A stretch of 64,000 nucleotides of DNA. It comes from the human T2T-CHM13v2.0 reference genome, Homo sapiens. Position numbers and translations under genes: made by a program. How positions within the stretch are numbered: position 1 is the stretch's first letter; each line of letters begins with the position of its first letter. The notes below the pieces were generated by a model. It was not told where the DNA came from. It saw only the letters and a list, made by a program, of their open reading frames with translations, and searched no databases. Shown piece after piece: positions 24,651 to 38,903 of this stretch. The stretch lies in the NCBI RefSeq assembly GCF_009914755.1, contig NC_060931.1, one strand, 5' to 3'.

Positions 24651-27600
24651 CTGGAAAGATGCCCCTTGCTTTCCCATTTCTCATCTAATGAGTGTTTGTT
24701 CACCTTCTTGCTTTATCCTCTCTTCCTCAGTACCTGGAAGATGCCCGAGTTTGTAATTCAAGATGTGTTATCTGGGGAATATCAGTATAATACACATCTG
24801 AACGTGATCCCCATCAAAGGGAGATCATCCCTGGAAGCAGAAGAGAGAAATAGTATTTGGGCTTTTCTGGTGCTAGGCTAAGCGTACACTATTTTCAAAG
24901 ATTAAATCATTTAAAATCATATATCTTCCTTCCCAAATGAACCGTGGAATTTTTATAAATAGTTAGAAAAGGGATTTAATACACTGCAGAATGCTGATAA
25001 ATAACTGAGTGAGATAATGTTTTTTAAAAAATGCCAATTACTGTCACTCTTGTTAAGGACAGGCTAGATGTCTGTTAGTTCATCTGCTTGGTGGATGATT
25101 AGTTGGTTGATGTGGTTCACAGGGCAAACTGAGCCAGGATTTGACAATCTGCAGAAAAACAAAGGTAAGAGAAATCACTTCCCAGCAAACAAAATCAGCC
25201 TTGGCTGAAATGGACAAAAATCAGATTTATTTACTGCCATGTTGCTGTTCTTGCTCTATTGCCCCCATCTGAGCTTGCCCAGCCTCCCCTATGACTTCAG
25301 GAGATTTAGATCAAATGTCAGAGAGGAGTGCTGGGCTTTTCCCCTTTGGTGCCTGACTAGAGGGGAGAATTGAAGGCCACAGGAGGCATTGAAGAAAATC
25401 TCATTGTTGGTGTATATGCTTCCACACAGCAAGCCTTCCTGAGGGACTCCCCTCCCCTCTGCTCAGCTTCCTCGAGAAGAGATCAAATGTTTCAAAGCAC
25501 TTCCACCTTTACTAATTTTTAATGCTTCTGCCAGACTTAGACTTGCCCACTGGAAAAAAAAATCTACGCTTGTTGAAACAGCCAAAAATAAAAGTGATCC
25601 TCTAACAGTAGTACACTTAACTTCCTCTACAACTATCAGCAGGAGCCAAGAAGTATAGCATTTGCCCAATATATTAAGCATTAAAAATGTCTTGGGGAAA
25701 TGATCACACTAGAAATCAGAATATGTTTAAATACAGTTCTCAAAATTCAGAGTCTCCTTACGAAAGAATCAAAGAGGCGATCACCCTGATCCTTACCTGC
25801 AACTTCTCCAGCTTCTGGCCCCACCCTGACCATTCCTTTCCTTTGCTCCTTTGCCCAGTTTCCCCCCAAAACCACCCACCAAGGTCTATGTGGGAACCAG
25901 GAATGTAACCCTAGGGTTTGGTTTCCCAGGCCATCAGGAGATAACATTGCCTATCAGCCAAAAAAATAAAGCTTCCTGACTGCAGTTGCAGAAATTATAG
26001 CTAATTATACGCTCCATGCTTCCTGCAAAATATATATATTTTAAGCTGTTGGGCTGACTTTCTCCCTTGGCTGTATTTAAAGGTTAGTTTCTGACCTGCT
26101 TCCTGGTTTAATGGAAGAGTTTAAATATTACAAATCATTACTTGATTCTAACGAATTATATCTCCCCTGGCACCTCACAAACTCCTTATCATGCCAGAGG
26201 AAATAGTTGGAAAGAACAGGGAGTCTCCAAGATAATAAACAGAATAATGTGCCATAGGGTTGTAGGTTTCAGGATCCCCGGCTTCTTGGGTGGTTGAAAG
26301 CTTTTGGCCCTCAGCCTCACACTCAGCCGAGCACCTGAGGCATGTGGCTAAGCAGCATGAACTCCCACTCCCCCGTCTTGCACGATTGTTCACTCAGCTT
26401 AATTGTCAGCTCCTGCTAAGAACATGTAACATCTCATTTTCCCAGAGATTGTGGAAGTGTTGAGCTTTGCTTGTGGCCAAGTTGGGTAGCTGAATACACA
26501 TCGTTTCCTTCGTTGATGCACAAAGGCAGGGACTGTCTAAATCTATCTCTGTACGTAGAGGCCTTTTATTGAATACCAGTTTCCAATTCTAGTGATGATC
26601 TGGACCCAAACGGTTTCCCTTTGTGTGTAATTGTGTGGGTAGATATTCTCATCCAACTCTGCCTATTTGCATACATTGCCAATCTTATTAAATTGAAAGA
26701 AGTAACCAAAACACATGTACACAATGACAAAAGTGATATTCAAGGCATGGAAGAAAGGAACACATGAAAGGCCCTTCTCTCTCCTCAGGGACTAGAGGGA
26801 AGAAATTAGTCTCTTGATTCGAGCTAAGCAGAGTACAGCAAGGTAAGACTGTGGAGAGCTCGATTAGCCTTGGTAACTGAATTGTGAACTTCCGTCTTTA
26901 GTTGTTTGACTAAAACACCCATGTGGAAAGTGAAGAATCCAACCAAGCGTACAGATGATTTGTTTGTGTTGTACTAAGTGCTCTACTTTTCCTCTCGGTG
27001 GCAAGCAGATTTGAAAGGGAGATGAGTAACCATCGAAGTATCAATGATGCATCTCATGTCTCATGACACTGAATTCTCTTGCAATCTACCTGAACTATAA
27101 ATAATAAAACTTCTGAAATCTAGCACTATTTTTAGAAAGGATAAGCCTTGTGAGTGTATGGGTTTAGGCTGCTGAGGTGATATGACTGAAAGGTCTACCT
27201 TATTCCACAACCTATTCAAATATCTTACACTGTTTTGTGCAAGTAATTCCATCATTAGAAGCTAATTTATTCATTTTTTCCTCAGGAGATTCTTTATTAA
27301 AACTCAAAAGCCTCTGGGAGAGGTAATTCACCTTGGGAAGATAAATTTATCTGAAATGTTTCTAAGATGATGAGTAAGGCAAGGGCCTCAGTAAAGTATC
27401 TATGCCCCACAGAGGAGACTGTAAAATTGGAAATGCCCAGCAGGTGCTGAAAGAACCTGAAAACAAGACTGGCCCTCTCTGCAGTATGCAAAGTGTCAGG
27501 AGCAGTTCCCTTGTAAACTATTAGCAAAAAGGAGAAATGGCCTCCTCCGGGATAGTCACTAACCACACCCAAACAGAGAGGAAGGTACTCAAATAGAAAA

Positions 27601-27661
27601 TTGAAGTTTTTCATTTGTTTGTTTTATAGAATACTACACTAATAAAATTAAGTTTGGAGCC

Positions 27662-27971
27662 TTTTATTTATTTTATTTTATTTTTTTAGATGGAGTCTCA
27701 CTCTGTCACCCAGGCTGGAGTGCAGTGGTGCAATCTAGGCTCACAGCAACCTCTACCTCCCAAGTTCAAGTGATTCTCCTGCCTCAGCTTCCCAAGTAGC
27801 TGGGATTACAAGCATGTGCCACCATGCCCAGCTAATTTTTGTATTTTTGGTAGACATGGATTTCACCTTGTTGGTCAGGCTAGTTTGGTCTCGAACTCCT
27901 GACTTCAAGTGATCCACCGCCTCGGCCTCCCAACGTGCTGTGATTACAAGCATGAGCCACCACGCCCATCC
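27662..27971 (-). mobile_element. AluS (Sx/Sz-like)
   Basis: (TTTTA)n tail, full dimer, TSD TGGAGCCTTT/TGAAGCCTTT. Confidence 0.95.
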
Positions 27972-28182
27972 TGAAGCCTTTTGCTTTTAAGGTTTCCATT
28001 TCTGAGAGAGAGAGAGAGAGAACCCAAATGGGAGGGAAAATTGTCAATAGGGCCTGTGGAGACACTTTCTCTGAGAAAAGTTAGGTAAAACCAAAACTCT
28101 AGTAATGATAGGGTTGAGGGTAGATACAATGAGAGCAAAAGCCAATTTACAAAGAGGATCACATGTAAAAGGGTGCATGTCT

Positions 28183-28215
28183 GTTTTTTGTTTTGTTTTG
28201 TTTTGCTTTGTTTTG
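28183..28215. repeat. (TTTTG)n microsatellite
   Basis: Direct reading. Confidence 0.85.
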
Positions 28216-30302
28216 TCCAGAGCATAGGAGACTACAGGGAAGCAGGGACCCTTCAGTCGATTTTGCAATGAAGAAAAACAGTCTTGTGAGATTCTTAAAA
28301 TTTGCCTGAAAAGGAAACTCATCTGATGTGTGTTTCAGCATCTTCAAAGATACTGCAGAAGGAAGGTTTTAACTGAATATCTCTGTCAGCAAGATGGTTT
28401 ATCACACTCAACAGGAATGACAGTAGAAGGGAAAAAAAAGATGGGAAACCATTCTGGGGTGAGCAAAGGGTGACAACAGGATGGGAAAATCCAGCTTCAC
28501 CAAATATTTATTCATGCTTATGTAAACCTCAATTAGCTATCTTAAAATGCTAAGTCTCTGTTGAAGAAAAGGAGTGCTTGGAAATGTGACTTGGAAGTTG
28601 GTTGGTGTCAGTTATTTTGCTGCATTGTTGATTAATGTAATTGAAGTATATATTACAGAATCAGAAAAGGAAATGTGACTTCTTCAGGGACCCATTAATT
28701 TCTTAAGCATAAAGTGTTTGAAGGTTCAAAGGCTTTGTTGAAGCTTATTTTAAATTTAAAATTTCCATTGCCAAGGGATTGATTACCATTCTTATATTAG
28801 CTTTGTCAAACACCAAGTTGATCTTAGTTCTTTCAAAGTTTTGTGGCACTTGACTGTTTTCAGAGCATTTTTTTAAAGAGAAGGCTGTCTTACAAGTTTT
28901 CTCAAGGACAGACTTGCTTTCTCTTTATAAGAACAGCAAGAGAAAAATTTCTAAAACCTTAAAAAGAGCAATTCCCACTGTCCCCAACTTTGGGATCTTG
29001 AAAGTCATTCCTGCAAGTCAGGTACCATTACCTCCTCATTCAAACACTTTCCCATATTTGTTTGTATTTGGTTTTCCTTTGACTTTAAAACATCAACCAA
29101 TTTAGGCATCTTTGTGTATTTGAAGCTTTAGTTATGTTGTTTAGGGACTCCCCAAATTATTTAAGCTTTTCCCATCTCTCCACCCCAAATGACTACACAT
29201 AATTCTTCTTATAGCTCTCTGCTGTCTTCCTCTGATCATTGTTTAAGGCACTCTCAGAAACAACACTCTCTGAAAGTGAGCCAAGATCTCCCAAGCACCA
29301 GTCTTTGTTTGTGCTGTCCCAGTAGTGAACTCATTAGTTCAAGAAGTCAGACAGCAGGATTTCCGGCTCCTTGGAAACCAAGCCAAAAAGAGAACTGTCA
29401 TTTCACACAAGGGCAATAAGAAGAAATATGCCATTAGGAAATCAGGGTTAAGATGGCACTGCCATCCACCCAGATGAAGGTGTGGTAAGAGGATTGTGAG
29501 GCTGCATTAGAAACGAAAACATTGCGACCCAAGGCTTTGCCCCAGGAAATCAATAATGAGATTGTGGACACTCTAAGAGCAGTTCAACAGAAAATCTATT
29601 TTCTTACCAGAAGAAAGTTATTGTCTCTTCCTCAATTTTGCTCTTCCCTACCTTTCCAGTCCTGATGCTACTGCACGTTTTTGGGAGCATGAGGTCAAGC
29701 CAGCAGGGGCTTCCTGTTGGCCTACACCTCCTTCAGGGATGTCTCCAAGTACACTGGGCAGTGTGGATGGGAAGCTGTGACCAGAGCTCAAGAACTGTCC
29801 CTCCAAAGCTGCACCCATGCCTTGGTTTCATGCAGCCCTGAGAACTGTTTGGCCTTGGCTAACGGGGACATACATTCTCGTATCTGGTATGGAAGATTTT
29901 GCCTCAAGAAATGCTGTCACCCACATTGACTTTATTTTCAATGTTGTTTCTATTTGTGCTCAATTTTGGGGATGATAATCTTGATCCTATTGCAAATAAT
30001 CTCAAAGGCAGAGGCAGGCTGGGTCTGGAGGAAGGTAGCGTGACTTTAAAGACACTCCCTCCCCCACATCTTCTCATAATGGTGTATTTTAGGCTTGCTT
30101 CTTGTTCCAGATCTTTGTCTCAGCCTTCCTTCTTACAAGCCACCCTCCAGAAACAAATGTATTCCAAGGGCCTGCTTCTGACTCCACCATCCCTAAAGAA
30201 TTGGCAGGAGAATCTGGACTAAAAATGGCTTTAATGTGCTCTCAATCTCTAGTTAAACATTTGTAGATTAACCAGCTGAAAATAGTGAATTGTGAGACTG
30301 GG

Positions 30303-30334
30303 GTGTGTGTGTGTGTCTGTGTGTGTGTGTGTGT
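30303..30334. repeat. (TG)n microsatellite, one interruption
   Basis: Direct reading. Confidence 0.95.
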
Positions 30335-31859
30335 TGATAGGGAGGGGACATCAGGAACTAGGTAAGACCATAGTGGGTCTTATGTGTGGGGAGTGATTTC
30401 CTATCTGTTAGAGATGAAGTGGTGCCTATATCCACTGTCATGCGCAGACAGTCAAATGCCCAGCAAATGGGCCCTTAATAAAGGCAATGAATGATGACGA
30501 TGTGGACTGGGGGGGAAGGGAAAATGTGAAGTAGAAACACAAAACCAGAGGCTACAGTTTCATTAATGCAAAACAAACAAATAAACAAACAAAAACAAAA
30601 AAATTCCAGTGGCTGGCTGCTGGACAGCATGGAGAAACACTTAAGGGGGCTGGACCTTGCTGTTATGGTCAAGCAAAAAGCCACTCCTGGGTATTACATT
30701 CCAATCTGGTAAGCACCAGAGAGGAAGCTGAGCAGGATTTCCTCTGGGGAATTCAGAGGTGCTGAGTTTTTGCACCATTTTTCAAACTTTGCAGGCCAGT
30801 TTCCTCTGCATCTAAGAGCATGGAGACATGCTTGGCATTCTTCACTCTTAAAGAGACTTCTTCTGTGGGGAGCTGCAGGGCTTTCACAGCAAGAGAGCTG
30901 GTGAGTGGCCTCAGTTCTGGGTTTTGATTTATCCAAAAGGAGTTGTTTGTTAACAGTAAGAGGGTAGATGCCTCTGCAGGAATCTATACCTCTGCCTCTG
31001 CCCCCACCATTTCTTTAGTATTCAACAAGCATGAAATTATGTCCTCACCATAACTAAGGTCAGGCACTGCCCAAGGCATTCAGGACACACAGGAGTAAGT
31101 GTCCCCTGCCAGGAGCACAGAGGTACACAGTATTACCACCATTTGAGAGGTGACAAAACAGGGTTGGAGAGGTTAAGTGGCTCAGAATCAGAGTATTCTA
31201 AATGGTGGTTTCATTAGATATCAAATTTGAGAATGTAAAAGCTGGAAGAGACCTTCCTGGTTTTCACAGACATTTCTCCTTCATCAGAGGAGGCAACACA
31301 CAAGCAAACCTGTGATACTCCTTTCCCCTGCCATTATCTCCACTGAATGAATGGACAACCTGAGCTGGAGGGGTAGTGACCATCTGGGTCTTACTCTGCT
31401 ATGCAGGCTGCCTTATGCTGGGTCTCTATCAGCTCAACCCCAATCACCTTCTCAGGTAGCCTGGCTTTACCTTACAGTTGCATCCTAGGCCACTGAATGA
31501 TAAAGATGAAGAAGAGCATGACGGAAGCAATAATTACTGCTATTTCTACTACTACTTGAGTTTATTCTAGATGTCAATTTCACTACAAAGGGTTATACAA
31601 ATATCAACCCTGCAGGTATCATGTTCACCCCTGTAGCGTAGTAATTGAAAGCATAAGCTTTTGAGTCAAACAGATCTGGGTTTGAATAATTACAAATGAA
31701 GACACTAAGGCTCGTAGTTTGTTACTTGCAGGAAATCACAAAATTTGTAAGTAGAAAAACCATGCCAAGATTTGACCTGTTCCTGTGTTACTCCAGAACT
31801 TATACTGTTTCACTATGGGATACTATCTACCCACTTTGATCCCAGCATTTATAGATAAG

Positions 31860-32095
31860 AGAAAACATTTGTTAAGCACTTACCATATGTCAAGAACTGT
31901 GCAAAACACTTTATATACATTGTCTCATTGAATTATCTTCAATGATTATTTATAATTGCCCTGATTATACAGAGGAGGGAAGAAGATCTAAAGAGATTTA
32001 ATAACCTGCCCAATATCTCACAGCTAGAAAGTAGTAGAATTCAAACTCAGTTCTAGGACTGTCTGGCCCTGAACATTCTCTTGACCACTATGTAT
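31860..32095 (-). mobile_element. MIR SINE
   Basis: AAGCACTTACCATATGTCAAGAACTGTGC..TAACCTGCCCAATATCTCACAGCTAG. Confidence 0.8.
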
Positions 32096-33044
32096 GCTGT
32101 TTAGACAAGGTAGCTGAGAAGGACTGATGTATTGGTGTCATATTCAAAATTTCCTTTCATCACTGTGTAGGTGTTTTCATCACTGCTTTTTTTGGATACA
32201 GAAAAACTGAGTGCCAGTTTAGAAAGCCAGGTTAGCAGCACAGGTGAAACAAATAAACACAAACACAGATCCTCCTATCATTAAGCCTTTAGTTAAAAGG
32301 GACTTTCAAGGTCATGTAGTTCATCTTATTCTTTAGTTCAGAAAGTTGATATTTCCATATCCCTGTCAGGTGGAGGAGATCTCATATCTGAAAAAAAAAG
32401 TTCCAGCCTGGATTACCTAAAATGCACTTTTCCCCGCTGAAATTTAATTTGTTTGAAATGGGCACAATACCCAATATTAGGTTTGGATTGTTACCACCAA
32501 TAAATGTGGTGCTATTTTTAATTAGCCTGACTTCTGAACCATGGGTTCCCTGGTGCTACTATCTTCATTAATGATGGGAGACTCTCCAAATGCTCATGGT
32601 CAGGAGAGCTTGCAACCTTTTATGTAAGCCATAAATACACAAAATTAGGGATCATTGGCCTGGACATAAAAGTAGAAAGGAAGTTCTCAGAAGCGGTCTT
32701 TTGTTTGTTTTTAAAACTTCTCCTTAAGTAGTAGTGTCTTGTTGGATTTAGTGTGTGTGACAAGGCCATCTTGGTTTCAGCTTATGGCCACTGCTCCCAA
32801 GACCAGGAAGGCTTGGGAATGTACCCTCTCCTCTCAGAAACTCTGTTCTCAGGGGTGTCTGGGGCTGATGGGGACAGAGGACACTTTCTATGGAATTCCT
32901 CTCAAATGACATATCAGTTCTACGGTGCTATAGGAGATTTAGCTCTTACCAATTTGTAGTGAGAGGAATTGTTTAATTCTCATTGGTTTATTTATCAATA
33001 AGATTAGACTTTTCTTAAGCTTTGTGCTTTAGTTTAAAAATAAT

Positions 33045-33265
33045 AAAGCAGTTACCATTCATTAATGCTAAATGCTTTATGTGTAATAGGTATCATTTAT
33101 TCTTTCATTAACCTTATGAAGTAGGTGCCATCATCTCCACTTTATAGATGAAGAAACTGAGGCACAGAGAGATTACATAATGTGTCCTAGGTCACACAGC
33201 CATTAAATGTTCATCCTATGTTTCAAACCCAGATCAGTGTGACTCTGAAGACTGTGCTATTAATA
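33045..33265 (-). mobile_element. MIR SINE
   Basis: TTTATAGATGAAGAAACTGAGGCACAGAGAGATTACATAATGTGTCCTAGGTCACACAGC. Confidence 0.9.
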
Positions 33266-33394
33266 ATTTTAAAATAAGGTGATAATAAGAATGAAGTTTT
33301 CATTTGCCTTTCATGTCCTATTTATACCCTATGACAACTGCAAGATGAAAGTAGGTGGTATTATTCATGAGAAACTACAGTTCAGACAGGTTGT

Positions 33395-33905
33395 GACTCA
33401 TTCAGTCATTTATTTATTTAACAGGCATTTTTGAGTGCTTATGGTGTCCCTGGCACAGTAGCAGCCCTGATAATATGCTTGTATCCAAGCCGAAGACAGT
33501 GCAGGTTTAGAAGCATGAGCACTGGAGTCAGACACACCTGTATTTGAATCTTGCTTCCATAACTTAACTTATTTGTTTATTCATTTATTCAACCCACATG
33601 TATCGAATGCTGTTACGTTCCAAACACTATGTGCAGGTCCAACTGCAACTGGTATTTTGGGTAAGTTATTTAACCTTTCCATGCTTCAAGCCCTCAGTTG
33701 TGAAATGAAGATGAAGATACTTATTCCATGCTTAGGGTGAGGTTAAATGTGGTAAGGGAAGTAAAACTCTTGATAAATAGTAGCTATCAAGGCAGACACT
33801 GCCCCTACTTGCACACAGCTGGCAGGCTAACAGAAAGGACAAAAAACTAAATAAGCGATTAAAATAAGAAATGTAAGTGCTCTGAAAATATGAGGAGGGC
33901 ACATA
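33395..33905. mobile_element. Nested L2-tail / MIR / L2-tail cluster
   Basis: L2 (CATT)n tails near 33398 and 33570 interleaved with a + strand MIR (GAGCACTGGAGTCAGAC..GGGTAAGTTATTTAACCT). Confidence 0.6.
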
Positions 33906-33913
33906 TTATTAGG

Positions 33914-34332
33914 TCTATTAGTCTGCTCAGGCTGGCATAGCAAAATACCGCACAATGGGTGGTTTAAACAAAAGAAATGTATTTCCTCACAGTTCTGAAG
34001 GCTGGAAGTCCAAGATCAAGGTGTCCACAGATTTGGTTTCTCCTGACGTCCCTCTCCTTGGCTCACACACGTCTGCCCCTCCAGGCTGTGTCCTCACATG
34101 GCCTTTTCTCTGTGCCTGCACATCCCTGGTTGTCTTCCTTGGCGTGTTCTAATCTCCTTTTATTATTATAAGAACACCATTCAGATTGGATTAGGGCCCA
34201 CCCTAATGGCCTCATTTTAACTTAATTACTTCTTTAAAGGCCATGTCTTCAAATACAGACACATTCTGAGGTAGTGGGGGGTAGGGCTTCAACAGAATAA
34301 TTTGAGGGGAGGATAAAATTCCATCTATAACA
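33914..34332 (-). mobile_element. MLT1B-like MaLR solo LTR
   Basis: ATTTCCTCACAGTTCTGAAGGCTGGAAGTCCAAGATCAAGGTGTC..GGATTAGGGCCCACCCTAATG..ATAACA; perfect 5-bp TSD TTAGG (33909-33913, 34333-34337). Confidence 0.95.
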
Positions 34333-34778
34333 TTAGGGACTCTTTTGTTTTGATTTTTTTTTCTCTAGCTTTATGTCACCATAAACATCTTTATTTACAT
34401 CAACGTTAATATTAGTATTGTTAGCAAGTTAGAAGATGTTTAAATTGTCCTGTGTAAGTAATATTCATAAGGTCATGCTTTTGAAAAATATTAAGAAAAA
34501 ATATATTACCATTGAAGGTAGAAAATTTAAGTGTTTTTGAGATTCTAAAATTTCACTCATGGTAAACATAATAATATAAATATATAGAAAAATAATTGTA
34601 TATTGAGTTGTAAGACTACTAAAAATAAGAATAAAAAGTTTTTAAAAACAGTTTTCCAAAAGTTTGTTAGCTCATGAATGATGTTTTAAAATGTAATCAT
34701 TATCAAGAATGCAAGAAGATTAACTGTGGGTGATAGAATTATTGAATTTTGTTTACTGTGCTTTTCTGTATTTTCTAA

Positions 34779-35166
<388 letters not shown>

Positions 35167-35219
35167 CAAAAATGTTATTTTTAAAGAGAACTCGGTGAAT
35201 GAGATTTTATTGGTATTAA

Positions 35220-35420
35220 ATAGTAAAGTGGAAACACCATAGGCTCCAGAGGTAGAAAAACTTCAATATTGAATCTCGCTGTTCTCTGTGTGGTTTGTAA
35301 GGCATTGGCCACTTTTTAACTTCTTAGAATTTCAGTTCCATCTGTCAATAAATATTGCCACCTGCCTTCCAAGATTGTGCAAAGATTAAATGAGACATTG
35401 ATGTAAATCACTTGTTAATT
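35220..35420 (+). mobile_element. MIR SINE (diverged)
   Basis: TTTAACTTCTTAGAATTTCAGTTCCATCTGT..GATTAAATGAGA. Confidence 0.6.
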
Positions 35421-35483
35421 CTCTTCTCTTTCCTTCCCTTCCTTTCTCTATTTTTTTTTTTCCACCAGTTAGAAATATGACTT

Positions 35484-35531
35484 GGGGCAGGAGGGTAGGG
35501 AGTGGCGGCGGGGTGGGGGAGGTGGAGGGGG
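35484..35531 (+). other. G-quadruplex-forming motif
   Basis: Six runs of three or more G: GGGGCAGGAGGGTAGGGAGTGGCGGCGGGGTGGGGGAGGTGGAGGGGG. Confidence 0.6.
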
Positions 35532-36169
35532 CAGAATGATGTGTTGAAGTTCCTAAAAGCATTTGTCAAATGACAAATGACAAAGTCCTTAAGCCTCTTC
35601 CCACAGTGTCATGACAATAGCAGCTAATGAACTCATAAACATAAAACAAGTAAAGAGAAAATTAGGCAAGAAAAGGACAGGGGTAGCTAAAATCCAGTAA
35701 GAAAACATTTCAAGAGTCTATATATAGCATTGTAATTTAAGTTCTCATCTGCATCTCATTACCTTAATAGTCCAAACAATAGTTCTTCGATGTCTTGCAC
35801 AGAAGGATGGGAAATAATTTCCTTGGACAGGGTACCCAGACTCTCTATCACATTAGATATTATTTCCAAATGCTGAGTGTCAAGGGAGTGTTTCACATTC
35901 TCCTAACCATTAAACAGATAATCTCCCTTCAGGGAAGGATGAGTCTGGCAACCCACAGAGCAGCCATGTGGAAGAGACCTCTGGAATTCCAAAGCTCCAA
36001 CAGAGATCCAGTGCAGCATGGGGAGCCTCCAGAAGGGTTGCTTTATCCAAATCTGCATCCCGCTTCTGGAGTCTTTACAGACAAAACTCATTTTTGTCTG
36101 TAAAGACTCCAAAAGCCATGTAGAATTCATTTCACTTTTTTCTCCTGGAAAATGTAATGTTTTTTAAAA

Positions 36170-37250
<1,081 letters not shown>

Positions 37251-38280
37251 AAAACATTTTAGAATTTGACCCTTTTGTAACGTTTGGCTAAACACAACAA
37301 AGATATACTATTAATTAAAGCTCATCTCCCCAGAAAGCCACATATAAGAAGGGTGCACTTTGTGGCACACGAGGCAACCCCCCATGACAGAGCCCTGATA
37401 CCCTGAGACCAGGCTTGCTCTCTCTGGGTGTCTTAGGAGCTCACTATGTCTTTAAAGATTCCTTCCACTCTCACTGGGAAAGAAATGTTTCAAATAGTCC
37501 TCCAATTTGGAAGTTGGGACAAACTGGGCCCCTGGCAGCCTCCAGAGAATCTAGTCTTATGCCCTGAGAATGGGGTCTGGTGCTTTGTTTGGGGGGCTCT
37601 ACCTGCAGAGCTTTTGTTTCTTTCATGTCTGTGGATCTCTTTATGATGGTTTCTCATTGTTTACATTGGAAGTCACTAACTTTCACCTCCGGCAGAAGTC
37701 AAAGCTCTGAGCCCCTGTCTGAATGGGAGACTAGAGTGAGCATTAGAATGACCCCCTGCTACCATGCAAGAGCTCAGTCACTTTATTCTTCAAAAGACCC
37801 TGTGGAAATGCAAACAGCTTGGGAGAGGTTGTACCATAAACACGACAGACAGACAGACATCTCTTCTCAAGAGGAACTCCTGTCCCATTTGAGAGGCTGC
37901 CCACCACCACAGTCCCCTGGGTGCTGGCCCCTGCTCTTTCCCTCCGACTGCCACCTGACGTAATGAGCAGGACACACACCCGTGGGGTCAGCCTTTTCCT
38001 TTCAAACCCTGCTCTCATTTACAAACAAATGAGAAAAAAAGAAAAAAGGAAGAAGTTGACATTCTTTTCTGTGTGCTCATGGTCCGGTGGGGACTTTAGG
38101 CTGCCAGGATCTGCAGTACCTGCCATCATCACCTAGAAGGCCAGAGCTGGAGCTGCTGAGCTCAGCCTGGGTGCCAGCAGCCTCACCACTCCAGAAGAGG
38201 CCAAATGCATTCTCTTTTCATGTGTTTCTTAAAAAGGAAACCTGTGATATGAATTGAAGTTCGAGGGGTAGGATTTAAAA

Positions 38281-38451
38281 AAAAATAGCTTTATTGAGAT
38301 ATAGTTCACATATCATACTATTCATTCATTTGAAGTGTACAATTTGATGGAATTAGTATATTCACAGAGTTGTGTAGTCGTGACCACAATCAATTTTAGA
38401 ACACTTTCATCACTCTAAAAAGAAGCCCATACCCATTAGCAGTGACTCCCA
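38281..38451 (-). mobile_element. Very short L1MB-type 3' end (~170 bp) with TSD
   Basis: AGCTTTATTGAGATATAGTTCACATATCATAC..GTGTACAATTTGATGG..CCCATTAGCAGT; flanks AGGGGTAGGATTTAAAA / AGGGGTAATTTTAAAA. Confidence 0.85.
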
Positions 38452-38903
38452 AGGGGTAATTTTAAAAATGGCAGACCCTCTGTTTCTTGAACAATAGTTG
38501 CCCATCTTTTGTTCCCTTCCTGGATTTAACTGTTCAGTTGCTATCTTCCAGCTGAGCTGTGCCTGCGCTGGGCTCTTATGAAGATGTAATTAATTGATGG
38601 CGGCTATGCAGTTGAGTTTTCTTCCCTAAGATGCACTAATTTGAACTTGTGTTTAGTATATTTAATTTTCAACTTCTGACTTTTTCCCTAGGGAATCACA
38701 AATGGGTCATCCTTAGACAAATTACAGGATTACGGGAATCATCTTTTCTAAAATTTACAGTTTAAGTTGCACTTTCACACAGAAAATGTTATTTTCCCAA
38801 ACAACAGATGTAAAAATAACAATAGAAATCACTTATAAAGTGCTTATTCTGTGCCAGGCAGCTCTTAGAGTTCCCATATGTGTTCCCATAATTCATCTAA
38901 TCC

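Noticed and set aside
29698-29716. CTCF-like GCCAGCAGGGGC, and similar words near 2691, 23615 and 62620
   Set aside because: Each misses core positions of the CTCF consensus; not supportable without PWM scoring
37580-37963. 127-aa ORF and other 60-120 aa ORFs in unique DNA
   Set aside because: No recognisable domain, many have non-ATG starts, and lengths fit chance expectation
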